64,000 bases of DNA from an uncultured Candidatus Saccharibacteria bacterium. Its GTDB lineage: Bacteria; Patescibacteriota; Minisyncoccia; JAHISW01; Tagabacteraceae. A program made the position numbers and the translations under genes. Below the pieces are notes generated by a model, which was not told the origin of the DNA, made no database searches, and was given only the letters and a program-made list of their open reading frames with translations. Positions 9,132 to 19,225 of the stretch are shown piece by piece. The stretch spans positions 3,439 to 67,438 of the forward strand of contig CAZRMW010000002.1 of NCBI GenBank assembly GCA_964601305.1. Reading direction: 5' to 3'. Numbering within the stretch: the first letter of the stretch is position 1; each line of letters opens with the position of its first letter.

Positions 9132-10312
9132 ATATCTAAACTCCAGAGAGTAAAATCTTTTTTGTTTTGAAAGAAAAGATTGTTTTCATTCTTATCTAAA
9201 AATATATTAATAATATCTAAATTAGAATTATTATAAAGATTTTCTGTTGAACCATCTTTTAAATCTATTTTCCAAATAGAATCATTAAAAGAAATTACTC
9301 CTTTATACCAATCGTCTGGATAATAAGCGGAAGGAATAAAAGAAGGAACTGCACAAAATATTACATCTGTGTTTAATTTACTAAAGATACATTTTTCAGG
9401 TAATGTTTTATAAGACAAAATAGAGATTTTTTTATCACTAGTATTATATATTTTTGTAGAGAGCTCTTTGTTTATTGACTCACTATATATAATTTTATTG
9501 TCATTTGGGGAATGAAGAGTAGTTAACCCTTTTATACCTCCTAATAATTTTGTAAAAGAGTTATTTAAAGGATTTAATTTATATAGAAACCCATCTAAAA
9601 AAGCAGAAGGTTTTGTTTGAAGGGTAATGGTGTTTTTTTGTGGCCAATTAATTAAAAAATTACTATATTCTATTTCTAATATTTCTTTTTTGTTTTTATT
9701 TTCAAAAGTAGAAGTAAAACCAGAAGTTATAATATCTTTCAATAAATAAAATATTTTATTTTCGCTTGATGATACTGTAATTTGAGATGTGTTTAATGGT
9801 AAAAAAACACCAGATGTAGAAGTTGCCAAAGAATTTATAAGAAATGTTTTTACTTGCTCATAATTTTCTTCTTCTTTTATGTCTGTGTATTGAAGTATTA
9901 ATTTTGTAGTATCTTTGGACCAAACGGCATTAAAAATTTTAGGAATTGTATTTATACTTATTTGTTTTTTTTCTTGACCATTATTGTTTATTTCATAAAT
10001 ATGACCAGTAGATTTTTCTATATATTTTATTTTATTCCCATCAAAAACAGCTCCAACAATAGGTAAATTAATAATTTGTTTTAATTTTCCAAATTGTTGT
10101 CCTTCAGAAGTATCTTGAGTTTCTCTTTCAAATACATCGTCTATGGAAATTTGATCAAAAGAAAGTTCTTCTTCATCTGTAGGAAACAAAGTAGAGAAAA
10201 AACCTTTTTCTTCTTTTTTTTCGTCCGATGGCCACAGCAAATAAACCGAAAGAATAGTTATAATAACTAATCCTGTGACTATTCCTATTATTGTTAAATT
10301 TTTTCTAGACAT
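9128..10312 (-). CDS. T4SS-like operon gene 11: N-terminally membrane-anchored extracytoplasmic protein
   Basis: Single N-terminal TM (LTIIGIVTGLVIITILSVYLLW) followed by a large beta-rich domain; last gene of the tightly packed minus-strand operon. Confidence 0.5.
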   Translation of the reverse strand: MSRKNLTIIGIVTGLVIITILSVYLLWPSDEKKEEKGFFSTLFPTDEEELSFDQISIDDVFERETQDTSEGQQFGKLKQIINLPIVGAVFDGNKIKYIEKSTGHIYEINNNGQEKKQISINTIPKIFNAVWSKDTTKLILQYTDIKEEENYEQVKTFLINSLATSTSGVFLPLNTSQITVSSSENKIFYLLKDIITSGFTSTFENKNKKEILEIEYSNFLINWPQKNTITLQTKPSAFLDGFLYKLNPLNNSFTKLLGGIKGLTTLHSPNDNKIIYSESINKELSTKIYNTSDKKISILSYKTLPEKCIFSKLNTDVIFCAVPSFIPSAYYPDDWYKGVISFNDSIWKIDLKDGSTENLYNNSNLDIINIFLDKNENNLFFQNKKDFTLWSLDI

Positions 10313-10323
10313 TTAAATTAAAA

Positions 10324-10896
10324 TTATTTAAAACAACATTCATTTCCCACCTGTGGTCCTGTGATATGTTTTATACATAGGCTATCGTCTGCAGGATTCC
10401 ATCCAGTACCTAATACATTATTATCACTACAACTTTCGTTATTTTGGGTAGAATAATTAGCCCAACTATAGATGTTTCCATCACTAGCTTTTGTTTTTGA
10501 CCCTTGGTTTTTAATTTCAAGTGGTGTAAGGCCTAAATCAAAATTTACTAAATCTGGATTTATAGTATTTAAAATTAAGTAAGAGCCTAAGATTAGTAAA
10601 ATCCCAAGTAAAGCTTGTGTAATCCTTGTTTTTGCTCTTCCTACTGTACTTTCATTTCCTCCGGCTGTGATATATTCAAAACCTCCAACTACTATCATAA
10701 CAACAGCTAAAATAGATCCAAGAACTATAGAAAATTGATATATCCTATTTGCATAGTCGGCTATACTTCCAACAGGTGCTGTTCCTCGCCCAGCGTATTC
10801 AGGGCTTAAAACACTAGCATAAACCAAACTGAAAGAAAAAAAGAATAATATTGTGAAAAGTATTGCGGATAATATGTTATGTGTTTTATGTTTCAT
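10324..10896 (-). CDS. VirB2/TrbC-like pilin-type protein with a Cys-rich C-terminal extension
   Basis: Signal peptide, then two hydrophobic helices separated by a short charged loop (…IYQFSIVLGSILAVVMIVVGGF…RITQALLGILLILGSYLILNTI…), the topology of T4SS pilins. An extra ~80-aa tail carries 6 Cys. Confidence 0.5.
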   Translation of the reverse strand: MKHKTHNILSAILFTILFFFSFSLVYASVLSPEYAGRGTAPVGSIADYANRIYQFSIVLGSILAVVMIVVGGFEYITAGGNESTVGRAKTRITQALLGILLILGSYLILNTINPDLVNFDLGLTPLEIKNQGSKTKASDGNIYSWANYSTQNNESCSDNNVLGTGWNPADDSLCIKHITGPQVGNECCFK

Positions 10897-10905
10897 GTTT
10901 TATGA

Positions 10906-11862
10906 TTAGAAACTTATACTTAATATTTCTTCTGCAAATTGCAAAATATTTGAAATGTTTTTTGAATTAAGATTTATGGTTGTGCTACCAGAAACATCAA
11001 TTGGTTTTTCTAAAAACAAAGTTCTTTTGTTTTTGCTTTCTAAAATTTCTTCATTATTCATATTCCATTCAAATGAAATATCTTCATCTTTTGTTTTTGA
11101 AAAGAAAAATGGTTCAGCAATTATATTAATTGTATCATTTAGTAAAGAAAAAGTATTAACAATGGGATTGTTGTATAAAACCCCTAAAAGTGGATGATCT
11201 TCATAAAAAATTACATTAGGCTCTATGTCGCTTGTAGAAATTCTAGTATTTTTTTCAAAAACAATACTTTTATCAGAATTTGAAATTTTAACACCTATGA
11301 CATTGTCGTTATAATTATCTATAGAAAAATTAAAGGTGTTTTTACCATACCCTGAAGCATTTAAAACTTTTTCATAATTTAAATACCACTCGTATTGTAA
11401 TTTAGATGTTGATAATCTTGATGATCCAGAGTAAATATATGGAATAGCTAACACATCTATTTGTGATTGTACTACTGGTAATGGGCTTCCTAGGTACCAA
11501 TAAGGGGTGTATGTATTTGGCTCTATAAGTATATCTATATCATTTCCTTTTATAGATAAACTTTTGCTAATATTTACACCAGAATCTGTTGTTATATACA
11601 CAGACAAACTTTTTGTTTTTCCTAGGTTTGGCATTTCAAAATTTATCATTTTCTCACCAACACCTTTTTTGACTGTTTTTCCACTTAAAACCCAAGTAAT
11701 ATTACTTCTGTTTACATCAAAACTATTGCTATTTATTTTTAGTGTAGCTTCTTTGTTTGGAAGAGGATAAGAGGGAATAAAATTAACACTAAAATCCTCA
11801 CCAATAGCATAGCTATGTTGAGCAAAGAAGATTAAAAATAATATTGTTAATACTTTTTTCAT
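10906..11862 (-). CDS. secreted protein (signal peptide), T4SS-like operon
   Basis: N-terminal signal peptide MKKVLTILFLIFFAQHSYA; no further recognisable motifs. Confidence 0.5.
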   Translation of the reverse strand: MKKVLTILFLIFFAQHSYAIGEDFSVNFIPSYPLPNKEATLKINSNSFDVNRSNITWVLSGKTVKKGVGEKMINFEMPNLGKTKSLSVYITTDSGVNISKSLSIKGNDIDILIEPNTYTPYWYLGSPLPVVQSQIDVLAIPYIYSGSSRLSTSKLQYEWYLNYEKVLNASGYGKNTFNFSIDNYNDNVIGVKISNSDKSIVFEKNTRISTSDIEPNVIFYEDHPLLGVLYNNPIVNTFSLLNDTINIIAEPFFFSKTKDEDISFEWNMNNEEILESKNKRTLFLEKPIDVSGSTTINLNSKNISNILQFAEEILSISF

Positions 11863-11866
11863 ATTT

Positions 11867-12235
11867 TTATTCTGTATATATTTTTATTAGCGTAGCTCCA
11901 ATGCAAACTGGTAATATTCCTATAAAAAAATCTGCGATACTTCCTAAACCAATTGTATAGGCGGTCTTTGAAATTTTCTTACCACCAAATTTTAAATAAA
12001 GCATTCCTCCCCATATAAAATTAAACACAATAGCAGTGTAGGGAATCAAACCTAAAATATCGAAAAATACTGCCCAAGCTAAAATCATCCAATGTTTAGA
12101 AATCTTTTTTCTAAAAGATAATATATTTATGGCCTCTTTTATTTTTTCAACTTTCTTACTTAAACTCTTTTTTTTCTTTCTAGACTGTTGGAGTTTGAGT
12201 AGGCGGTTGTTTTCTTGTTGTGTTGGTTGGGGCAT
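11867..12235 (-). CDS. small two-TM membrane protein, T4SS-like operon
   Basis: Two hydrophobic helices. The annotated start overlaps the VirB4-like gene by 56 nt, so the true start may be further in. Confidence 0.4.
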   Translation of the reverse strand: MPQPTQQENNRLLKLQQSRKKKKSLSKKVEKIKEAINILSFRKKISKHWMILAWAVFFDILGLIPYTAIVFNFIWGGMLYLKFGGKKISKTAYTIGLGSIADFFIGILPVCIGATLIKIYTE

Positions 12236-14072
12236 TTTGTTGTGGTTGTGTTAATGTTTGTTTGGCTTTTTTAATTGCCAAAAGTTGTCCAGGATCAGAA
12301 GTAATAATTTGGTCTTCAGTATAAGAAGCGATAACTTTTACGGCCACATGTTTTAGGCCGGCAAAAAATATTCCTTCACCCACATCAGATTCTAAAAGTA
12401 AAAATTTTTCTTCATCTGTTAATTTAAATATTTTTTGAAGACCATCTATAGCAGCGGGGGATTGTTTCAACAAAATTTGCATAGCTGAGTTTGTAATAAT
12501 AGGGCTTCCGTAAGGAGACTTTAAAAAATCTCCAACATCTTGAGTAATGGTGGCTAAACCTAGATAATATTTTCTACATCTTTTTGCAATATGTGTTAAA
12601 AAAGATGCTCCATCGTCTGATTTCATCATCCACCAAGCTTCATCAATAACCAAAAGTCTCTTTTTTAATTTTCTTCGAACAGAGTTCCAAATAAAGTGCA
12701 TAATAAGGTACATTGCTACAGGCCGAAGGTCATCTTCCATATCACGAACAGAAAATGTAATAAATTTTTGGTTTATATCTACATTTGTTGGTTGATTTAT
12801 AAATCCGGCCCATGTACCTTGAGTATATTTTTTTAAGTTTTGAGCCATTCTTTCTCCTCCCTCCATACTAGCCAAAACCAATTCTAAATCTGAAAGAATT
12901 GGAGGAACTTTATTTGTAAAATCAGACTCTGGAGTAATATCTCTAGAAGCATATGCTTCTGTAATCCCTCTATCTAAAATAGAATCTTCTTCTGGAGAAA
13001 GACCACCAAGCATTATTCTAAAAAGACCAACAAGATTTATAATATGAGACCTGAGTACATCTGAAGGAGACTCATCTTCTCGAGGCAAAGGCAAATCAAA
13101 AGGATTTATATGATGTTTAGATGTAAGAGAAATATTAAAATAATGTCCTCCCACTGTTTGAGTAAGATATTCGTACTCTTTTTCTGGATCAATAATAATT
13201 ACATCTATGCCATACATTAAAGATCTAAGAACTTCTAATTTCATAGCATAAGATTTTCCAGAACCTGCTTTAGCAAACGTTACGGAGTTATAATTTTCAA
13301 GAGAAAATCTATCAAAAAGAACTAAACTATTATTGTGTCTATTTATTCCATAAAGAATTCCTTTGTTTGAAGTAAGATCAAAAGAAACAAAAGGAAAGAG
13401 ACTAGATACAGGGGAAGAATTCATTTTATTGTGTACACTAAGTTTGTCTTCACCTAAAGGAAAAGATGTTTCTAATCCTTCTGCTTGTTGAAACAGAGCG
13501 GGTTTTGAATAAACAAGCTTTGATTCCATTGAAGATTTTACTTCTTTTTCTACAGAGTCTAATTCTTCTATACTGTCGGCATAAATAGTGATATATAATC
13601 CTAGATTAAAAAGTCTTTCTTGTGCTTGAGTTAGTTTATCTCTTAAATCTTCTAAATCTTGGTAAGCAGTGTCCAGCATAGGGTCTCGTATAAGACTTTT
13701 TTCTTCTCTTATACTAATTTGAGATTGGACTTCAGCAACTTTTTTCTGAAGTTGTTTAAGTACATAAGAGGTATCAACAGGATGAATAAATATAGAAATA
13801 TCAAAAATTTTATCCATATTTATAATTGGAGAAAACCACCCAACAGATAAAAATCTGGGATAACTAAAAACAAAAAGTGTTTTGGCTACTTTGTTTCCAA
13901 GGCGAACATAATTTGGTGTAATCTGCATTGCAGATGGAGCTATAATATCTTGAAGTTCTAGAACACTTTGTGAATGAATATCTTGAGGAAAAACCGGCAA
14001 AATACTTTCTTTTTCTTGCCCTGCTTTGAGAGGTTGTTGTTTCCCTTTTTTAAAAAAATCGAATAATGCCAT
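12180..14072 (-). CDS. VirB4/TrbE/TrsE-family conjugal-transfer ATPase
   Basis: 630 aa with Walker A FAKAGSGKSYAM, Walker B LLVIDEAWWMM, and the VirB4-type N-terminal region; Pro/Thr/Gln-rich C-terminal tail. Confidence 0.75.
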   Translation of the reverse strand: MALFDFFKKGKQQPLKAGQEKESILPVFPQDIHSQSVLELQDIIAPSAMQITPNYVRLGNKVAKTLFVFSYPRFLSVGWFSPIINMDKIFDISIFIHPVDTSYVLKQLQKKVAEVQSQISIREEKSLIRDPMLDTAYQDLEDLRDKLTQAQERLFNLGLYITIYADSIEELDSVEKEVKSSMESKLVYSKPALFQQAEGLETSFPLGEDKLSVHNKMNSSPVSSLFPFVSFDLTSNKGILYGINRHNNSLVLFDRFSLENYNSVTFAKAGSGKSYAMKLEVLRSLMYGIDVIIIDPEKEYEYLTQTVGGHYFNISLTSKHHINPFDLPLPREDESPSDVLRSHIINLVGLFRIMLGGLSPEEDSILDRGITEAYASRDITPESDFTNKVPPILSDLELVLASMEGGERMAQNLKKYTQGTWAGFINQPTNVDINQKFITFSVRDMEDDLRPVAMYLIMHFIWNSVRRKLKKRLLVIDEAWWMMKSDDGASFLTHIAKRCRKYYLGLATITQDVGDFLKSPYGSPIITNSAMQILLKQSPAAIDGLQKIFKLTDEEKFLLLESDVGEGIFFAGLKHVAVKVIASYTEDQIITSDPGQLLAIKKAKQTLTQPQQNAPTNTTRKQPPTQTPTV

Positions 14073-14074
14073 AT

Positions 14075-14743
14075 TTATTGTTGTTTATTAGTTTGTACTA
14101 AAGATGTTTTTTCTGTTTCCCCAGGATTGTATAAGCTGTGAAAAAGCTCTATAAGACCTTCTGTTTCTAATGGCATAGATCTTATGCCTACTCTTGCAAG
14201 TCCTTGTATTACAACGTCTGCTCGTTGTTGAAGTTGTATTTTTCTTTTTTCAAATTCTTCTTGAGGTGTAGTTGTTTGATCTTGTTTCTTTTTGAAAATA
14301 TTTGTAAAAAAATCAGAAACGGGATTTTTTTTAGTTTCAAGTATTGTTGGAGTATATGGTACTACTACATAGAAAGATTTAGTAACAATTTTTGTAGCAG
14401 TTACAAATTCTCTTATAAATTCTATATATTCTTTTGTCTGTATTTTTAAAAGTTCGTCTGTTTGTTCTTGTTCTTTTTGTTTTAAAATATCTATATAACT
14501 TTCTATATTTAATCCTCTAGATTGGATAAAAAATTGTATATGAAAATCTAAAGAGTTTAAAAAGTTTTGGTATTGAAGTATTATGGCTTCCTGCTCTTCT
14601 GTTGATTTTAGCGCGAAGTTTAAAGAAGAGGCCATAATTACCATACGAAGAGAATCGTCTTTTAAAATTAATACATCATCTTTTACTTCTTTTATAGAAA
14701 TAAGTTGTTGTGATGCTTTACTTGTTGTTTGTTGGTCTACCAT
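14075..14743 (-). CDS. hypothetical coiled-coil protein, T4SS-like operon
   Basis: 222 aa, no TM; immediately upstream of the VirB4-like gene with a 2-nt gap. Confidence 0.45.
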   Translation of the reverse strand: MVDQQTTSKASQQLISIKEVKDDVLILKDDSLRMVIMASSLNFALKSTEEQEAIILQYQNFLNSLDFHIQFFIQSRGLNIESYIDILKQKEQEQTDELLKIQTKEYIEFIREFVTATKIVTKSFYVVVPYTPTILETKKNPVSDFFTNIFKKKQDQTTTPQEEFEKRKIQLQQRADVVIQGLARVGIRSMPLETEGLIELFHSLYNPGETEKTSLVQTNKQQ

Positions 14744-15168
14744 TATTTTTCTTGTTTATTATCTGATTTTATATCTAAACTCCATGCTAAATCGCTAAGT
14801 TTTTCTTTTGTTAATTTAGGAGCTACAACTTGTTGTACTTGGGAAGGTTGTGTTTCAGGTTTCTTAATAACCTCTTTTTTAGGTGTCCTCGGTTGTTTTT
14901 TCCATGTATAAATTTTGTTTTTGGTAAAATAACTAAAAGCGTTTTCTAAAACTACTATAAAAGGTTTGTTGTTTATTTTGTAGAAGGCGAGTGCGGCTGC
15001 TAAAGCTGCAACAGGGATAGCAAGTAGTACAAATATAAAAAATGGGAAAATAATATAAAGTAAAAATATTATAGCACCTCCTCCAACAAGATAGATAAAT
15101 TGTTTGAGTGTTAGCGGCCCAAATATTTTATCTTCTACTTCTATAAATTGTGGCACTTGATATCTCAT
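14743..15168 (-). CDS. small membrane protein, possibly VirB3-like
   Basis: 141 aa with hydrophobic hairpin IIFLLYIIFPFFIFVLLAIPVAALAAALAFY, sitting upstream of the VirB4-like gene as VirB3 typically does. Confidence 0.4.
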   Translation of the reverse strand: MRYQVPQFIEVEDKIFGPLTLKQFIYLVGGGAIIFLLYIIFPFFIFVLLAIPVAALAAALAFYKINNKPFIVVLENAFSYFTKNKIYTWKKQPRTPKKEVIKKPETQPSQVQQVVAPKLTKEKLSDLAWSLDIKSDNKQEK

Positions 15169-15201
15169 TGTTTTATTTTATCACTAAATCTTTTAAATCT
15201 C

Positions 15202-15852
15202 CTAGTTTGTAGGTTCGCGGTATGGATCAGATCCTTTATATTTTGGTTCTGAAACAGGAGCTCGGTGCACTTCTTTTGTTCTTTTTTCAAAAATTTTATT
15301 GTCCCGTTTTTGTTTATTATTTATGTCAAACTTTTTAGGCAATGTTTGTGTGGGTGTAGGCTTTGTAGGTAGGGGAGATATTGGTTTTGATTCGGCAGTA
15401 GGGGAAGATTTTGGTATTTCTAAAACAGGTTCGCTTTTTTCTTCTTGATTTTTAACTGTAAATGTTTGTTGGGGTGTAATTATAGAAGACACAGGAGGTG
15501 TTGGTGTTTCTGTCTTCAGGGTTTCTTCTTCCTGACTATGAATTTTTCTTAAAGAACCTCTTATTTTTTTAAAAATCTTTTCGTTTATTTCGTGCGCAAT
15601 TTTTTTTGCTACCTCGTTGTCTATTTCCATTCTTGTAGCTAGGTTTTTTATAAAATTATTTGGGTGAGTAACTCCAAGCATAAATAAACCAGTTTCGTCT
15701 GTCATCGTGCTCGTTTTCATCGTTGTCAATTTATTTTCTTGCCCAATTTTTTGGAGAATTTCTCCTGTTTCTGAAGCCGAATAAGATCTCTGTATATCAG
15801 GAGGTAACTTACTAATTTTTTCTTGTAATTGTTGGAGTGTTAATTTTGCCAT
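15202..15852 (-). CDS. hypothetical protein with Pro/Thr-rich linker, T4SS-like operon
   Basis: 216 aa, no TM, low-complexity PT-rich C-terminal half. Confidence 0.45.
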   Translation of the reverse strand: MAKLTLQQLQEKISKLPPDIQRSYSASETGEILQKIGQENKLTTMKTSTMTDETGLFMLGVTHPNNFIKNLATRMEIDNEVAKKIAHEINEKIFKKIRGSLRKIHSQEEETLKTETPTPPVSSIITPQQTFTVKNQEEKSEPVLEIPKSSPTAESKPISPLPTKPTPTQTLPKKFDINNKQKRDNKIFEKRTKEVHRAPVSEPKYKGSDPYREPTN

Positions 15853-15853
15853 T

Positions 15854-17611
15854 TTATCTATATTGGTCTAATATGTTTGTTCCTTGTGGGGTGAGAGCCC
15901 AAGCCGCTGCAGATTTATTACCCGCTGTTTTTAAGGCTTGTGCTATCGTGTTAGGATCTCCCCCTAGACTATTTAAATGTTTGAACATAGTTTCAGCAGC
16001 GAAACCACCTTTGTTTGAAATATCAGAAAGCTCCTTGTTGCTAATGGTTTTTTGAAGATTACTAAGTTCGGATTGTGTAATTGTTGCTGCTCCAGCATTG
16101 TCTTTTTTTCCAAGTTTTCCAATATCTTTTCCTCTTTGTACTTTTCCATATTCTTTCTTTGTCTTTTCGAACTCTTCTATCCCTAATGCTCCAGTGTCTT
16201 TATGTGTAAGTTTGTCATAAGTTTTCTGGAAACTATCATCTGCTTCGACTAATTGCACCCTTTCTCTTGCGCTCATTTTTCTAAACATTTCGTCTCGGGC
16301 TTTTTTATCTTGTAAGCGCCCTTGCCCTAGTCTTGTTAAATACTCAGCTCTTTGTTTTGGAGAGAGAGTCATACCCCTTGCTACTAATTGATCTATTTCT
16401 TCTTTTCTTCCCCCAACCTCAGATATTTTTCTTAATCTGTCTGCTGTCCACCCACCAACAACAGGAGATCTTGCGGTGAGTTTTTCTAATTGTGGATTTA
16501 TGTATTTTTCTCCAGCTCTGGCAACAGTAGCTCTTGCTGCAAATTTACCAACATTTCCTGCATAGCCTTGGAGTTTTCCTTTAGTCCAATTTGCTGCTTG
16601 CACACCCATACTGGCACTTTTGTCTCCCATAATTTTAGCAATTTGTAGACACCCAAGCATTAAGATAATAAGAGTTACATAATTTACAAAAATTGCAGTG
16701 TTTGATGGGTCCATTATAAACCCATTAAAACCATCTTTGCTTCTGCCAAGTATTCCGTGTATTCCATTTGTAGACTCTATGGTTTTAACCACCAAATAAA
16801 ACATAAAAAGAAAGGCAGGGGCAAAGAAAGCTTGATTAAAAAGTCTTTTAAACCAGTCTTGGAAGTGTGTTTCAGTTTTTGGAAGTATGTTTGCTACAAA
16901 AGCCAAGGGAGCAAGAATCATAAGTATAGACAATACCACAGATCGTAAAATAAACATTATTCCTCCAGCAAACAAAGTGAACGCTGTTACAAGAGATATG
17001 GTGCATGCAAAAAGATAGGTTAAGATAACTCTCATCGTTGCTTGAGTTCCTGTTTGAAATGTATTTTCTGTTTTTGGAAAAACTGTCTGTGGTTCTATGC
17101 CACTAACAAAAGTTTCAGACAAACTCACATTTGCCGATGGTTTTATATTGTTGTAAAATTCTTGAGCCAAAACATTTGAGGCGCTAATAACTGTTTGGCT
17201 TATTATTAAACTAAAATTTACAAGAAGGGCTATAATAATTACTTTTACTAAAAGCTCTTTTACACCATAGCCACTAATTTGCAAAATTGTAGCAATACCA
17301 ATATATATCAAAATAAATATAAAACAGAGGTTTGCCAAATCTCTTGAAATTCTCCAACCATCTTCTACAAGACCCGAGCCTTGAAGTGCGGAGTTGTTTA
17401 TAGATACATTTATAGCTGCATCAAAGAAAAATCCAGAGGCAGCAAGAACCCAATTGCAGACAAGGAAAGCCATACTTCCGATGGCTGCGGGAAAATATGA
17501 AAATCCCTTATCAACCATATCCCAAAATCCAACAGCATGGGTAGTCTTTGGTCCTAAAAATACCCCAAGCGCAACTATAACTATTAAAATGTATGGTAAA
17601 TATTTTTTCAT
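15854..17611 (-). CDS. VirB6/TrbL-like polytopic membrane protein
   Basis: Signal peptide, more than 6 TM helices, and a long hydrophilic C-terminal domain. This is a VirB6-like topology; no sequence motif was checked. Confidence 0.5.
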   Translation of the reverse strand: MKKYLPYILIVIVALGVFLGPKTTHAVGFWDMVDKGFSYFPAAIGSMAFLVCNWVLAASGFFFDAAINVSINNSALQGSGLVEDGWRISRDLANLCFIFILIYIGIATILQISGYGVKELLVKVIIIALLVNFSLIISQTVISASNVLAQEFYNNIKPSANVSLSETFVSGIEPQTVFPKTENTFQTGTQATMRVILTYLFACTISLVTAFTLFAGGIMFILRSVVLSILMILAPLAFVANILPKTETHFQDWFKRLFNQAFFAPAFLFMFYLVVKTIESTNGIHGILGRSKDGFNGFIMDPSNTAIFVNYVTLIILMLGCLQIAKIMGDKSASMGVQAANWTKGKLQGYAGNVGKFAARATVARAGEKYINPQLEKLTARSPVVGGWTADRLRKISEVGGRKEEIDQLVARGMTLSPKQRAEYLTRLGQGRLQDKKARDEMFRKMSARERVQLVEADDSFQKTYDKLTHKDTGALGIEEFEKTKKEYGKVQRGKDIGKLGKKDNAGAATITQSELSNLQKTISNKELSDISNKGGFAAETMFKHLNSLGGDPNTIAQALKTAGNKSAAAWALTPQGTNILDQYR

Positions 17612-17614
17612 CTT

Positions 17615-19225
17615 TTATATATTGGTTACTCCTCCACCTCCCCCTCCTGGTGGTCCATCAGAGCCACTGTTAGAACCACTATCGTCGCTGTCATCACTTG
17701 TTCCCCCTCCGCCAGTGCTACTAAAATTCACAATGATTTTTTTAGTTTCTGTGTCGTAAAGTTCTTCGTTGTCTTGAACTCTTAAAATAATTGTCTTTTG
17801 TGTTGCTGATTTATATTTAATTTGTAATTCTCCTGGCTTAGCATCGCTTGGAATTTGAATTGAGAAGTCTCCTCCAGGGGTTGTAATACCAGCACCTTCA
17901 ACAATTTTTTCAAAAGTTCCATTTTTATCTTCATCTGTTGCCCACCAGTCGTATATTCCATCTCCATCAAAATCCCATTCATAAGAAATTATTTGGTTAG
18001 AGCTGTCGTTATCTTTAGAGTCCGATGGGTCTAGAGTAAAAAAGATACCTTCTGTTATTTGTATAATACCTTTTGGATTTACATCAAATTTTGCGATTGG
18101 TTTTGTAGATCCTCCTGTTGTTTGGGAAGTAGAAGAGTCTCCATTAGAACCGCTAGCTATAGCAGCCTCTACAGCAGCTTGATTAAATTCAAATGAAGGA
18201 GTTCCGTCGTAAAGTCCTGAGTTTTCTATGGCAGAAGCGTCACCACTACTGCTTATATCATCAGAGGTAAGGGCTGCAACCCCATCGTTTATAAGTCTAT
18301 TTATAAGCGCGTCTGTGATAGCTACCATATATGATTCCCACTCTTCGTTACTCATCAACCAGTCTACAGCACTATACGTGGCTTTCGAAAATCCTTCTCC
18401 TATTGTTTGAGCAGGTGTTCTTGTTTCCCACCTTGCGCAAGTGTATCCATTTGGTATATCTTCTTCTTTCCATGTGCCACTTTTGCTCCCATTTCTGCTT
18501 ATAACTTCTCTACAAACCTTATCATTTCTAAATCCTCCACCGGCCATCGCCTCATTTTTAGCAGCTTCTTCTGCTTCCTCTTCTTTTATAAACATTTCTT
18601 CCATTGTTATTAAATAAACTCCGTAAGGGTTGTTTTGATTTTCTGCAATTTTTATCCAAGCGTCCCAACCTCCATTTCCAAAATCGTTCATATAGTCGTT
18701 CCAAGCTACACCTATATCTGAAAGAGTACACTTTGTGGTGTTTTTAAATCTTTGCGGTGTGTTTAAGCCTATGTATATGTGTGGCGCCCAGTTTGGATTA
18801 CACAAACTATTCATTACATCAGGTCCAAGCATTTGCTCTAGTACTTGCCCTCCAGCCTGGTCTCCAATGTCTGTAAGAAAAGATTTCCAGTCTGAAACAA
18901 ATTTTGGTTTTCCACCTCCCTGTATCCAAGTAATTATTTCATTAGTAATTGTGTCTAGTAGGAGTTTTCTAAATTTTGCCATAGCTATTCTCATAAGAGT
19001 TTGGTCTTCGTCCCATGCCCATTTAAAAAGTTCAAACTTTTTTTTCCAAGCAAACTCTACAGCATCTCTTACTATTTGAGTAATTTGATCCCATACAGTT
19101 GCACAGTTTGAACAAAAAATGGCCTCTGTTTTTTTAGGATAGAGCAACCCACTTGTTAGAGAAAAACAGAAAAAAATCAGCAAGACTGTGGCAAAGGATT
19201 TTTGGTTGTTTTTAAAAAAATACAT
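17615..19225 (-). CDS. secreted protein with PKD domain and Gly-rich C-terminal tail
   Basis: Signal peptide; the PKD hallmark YEWDFDGDG; C-terminal GGGGTSDDSDDSGSNSGSDGPPGGGGGG. The start codon overlaps the upstream gene's stop by 1 nt (TAATG). Confidence 0.55.
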   Translation of the reverse strand: MYFFKNNQKSFATVLLIFFCFSLTSGLLYPKKTEAIFCSNCATVWDQITQIVRDAVEFAWKKKFELFKWAWDEDQTLMRIAMAKFRKLLLDTITNEIITWIQGGGKPKFVSDWKSFLTDIGDQAGGQVLEQMLGPDVMNSLCNPNWAPHIYIGLNTPQRFKNTTKCTLSDIGVAWNDYMNDFGNGGWDAWIKIAENQNNPYGVYLITMEEMFIKEEEAEEAAKNEAMAGGGFRNDKVCREVISRNGSKSGTWKEEDIPNGYTCARWETRTPAQTIGEGFSKATYSAVDWLMSNEEWESYMVAITDALINRLINDGVAALTSDDISSSGDASAIENSGLYDGTPSFEFNQAAVEAAIASGSNGDSSTSQTTGGSTKPIAKFDVNPKGIIQITEGIFFTLDPSDSKDNDSSNQIISYEWDFDGDGIYDWWATDEDKNGTFEKIVEGAGITTPGGDFSIQIPSDAKPGELQIKYKSATQKTIILRVQDNEELYDTETKKIIVNFSSTGGGGTSDDSDDSGSNSGSDGPPGGGGGGVTNI

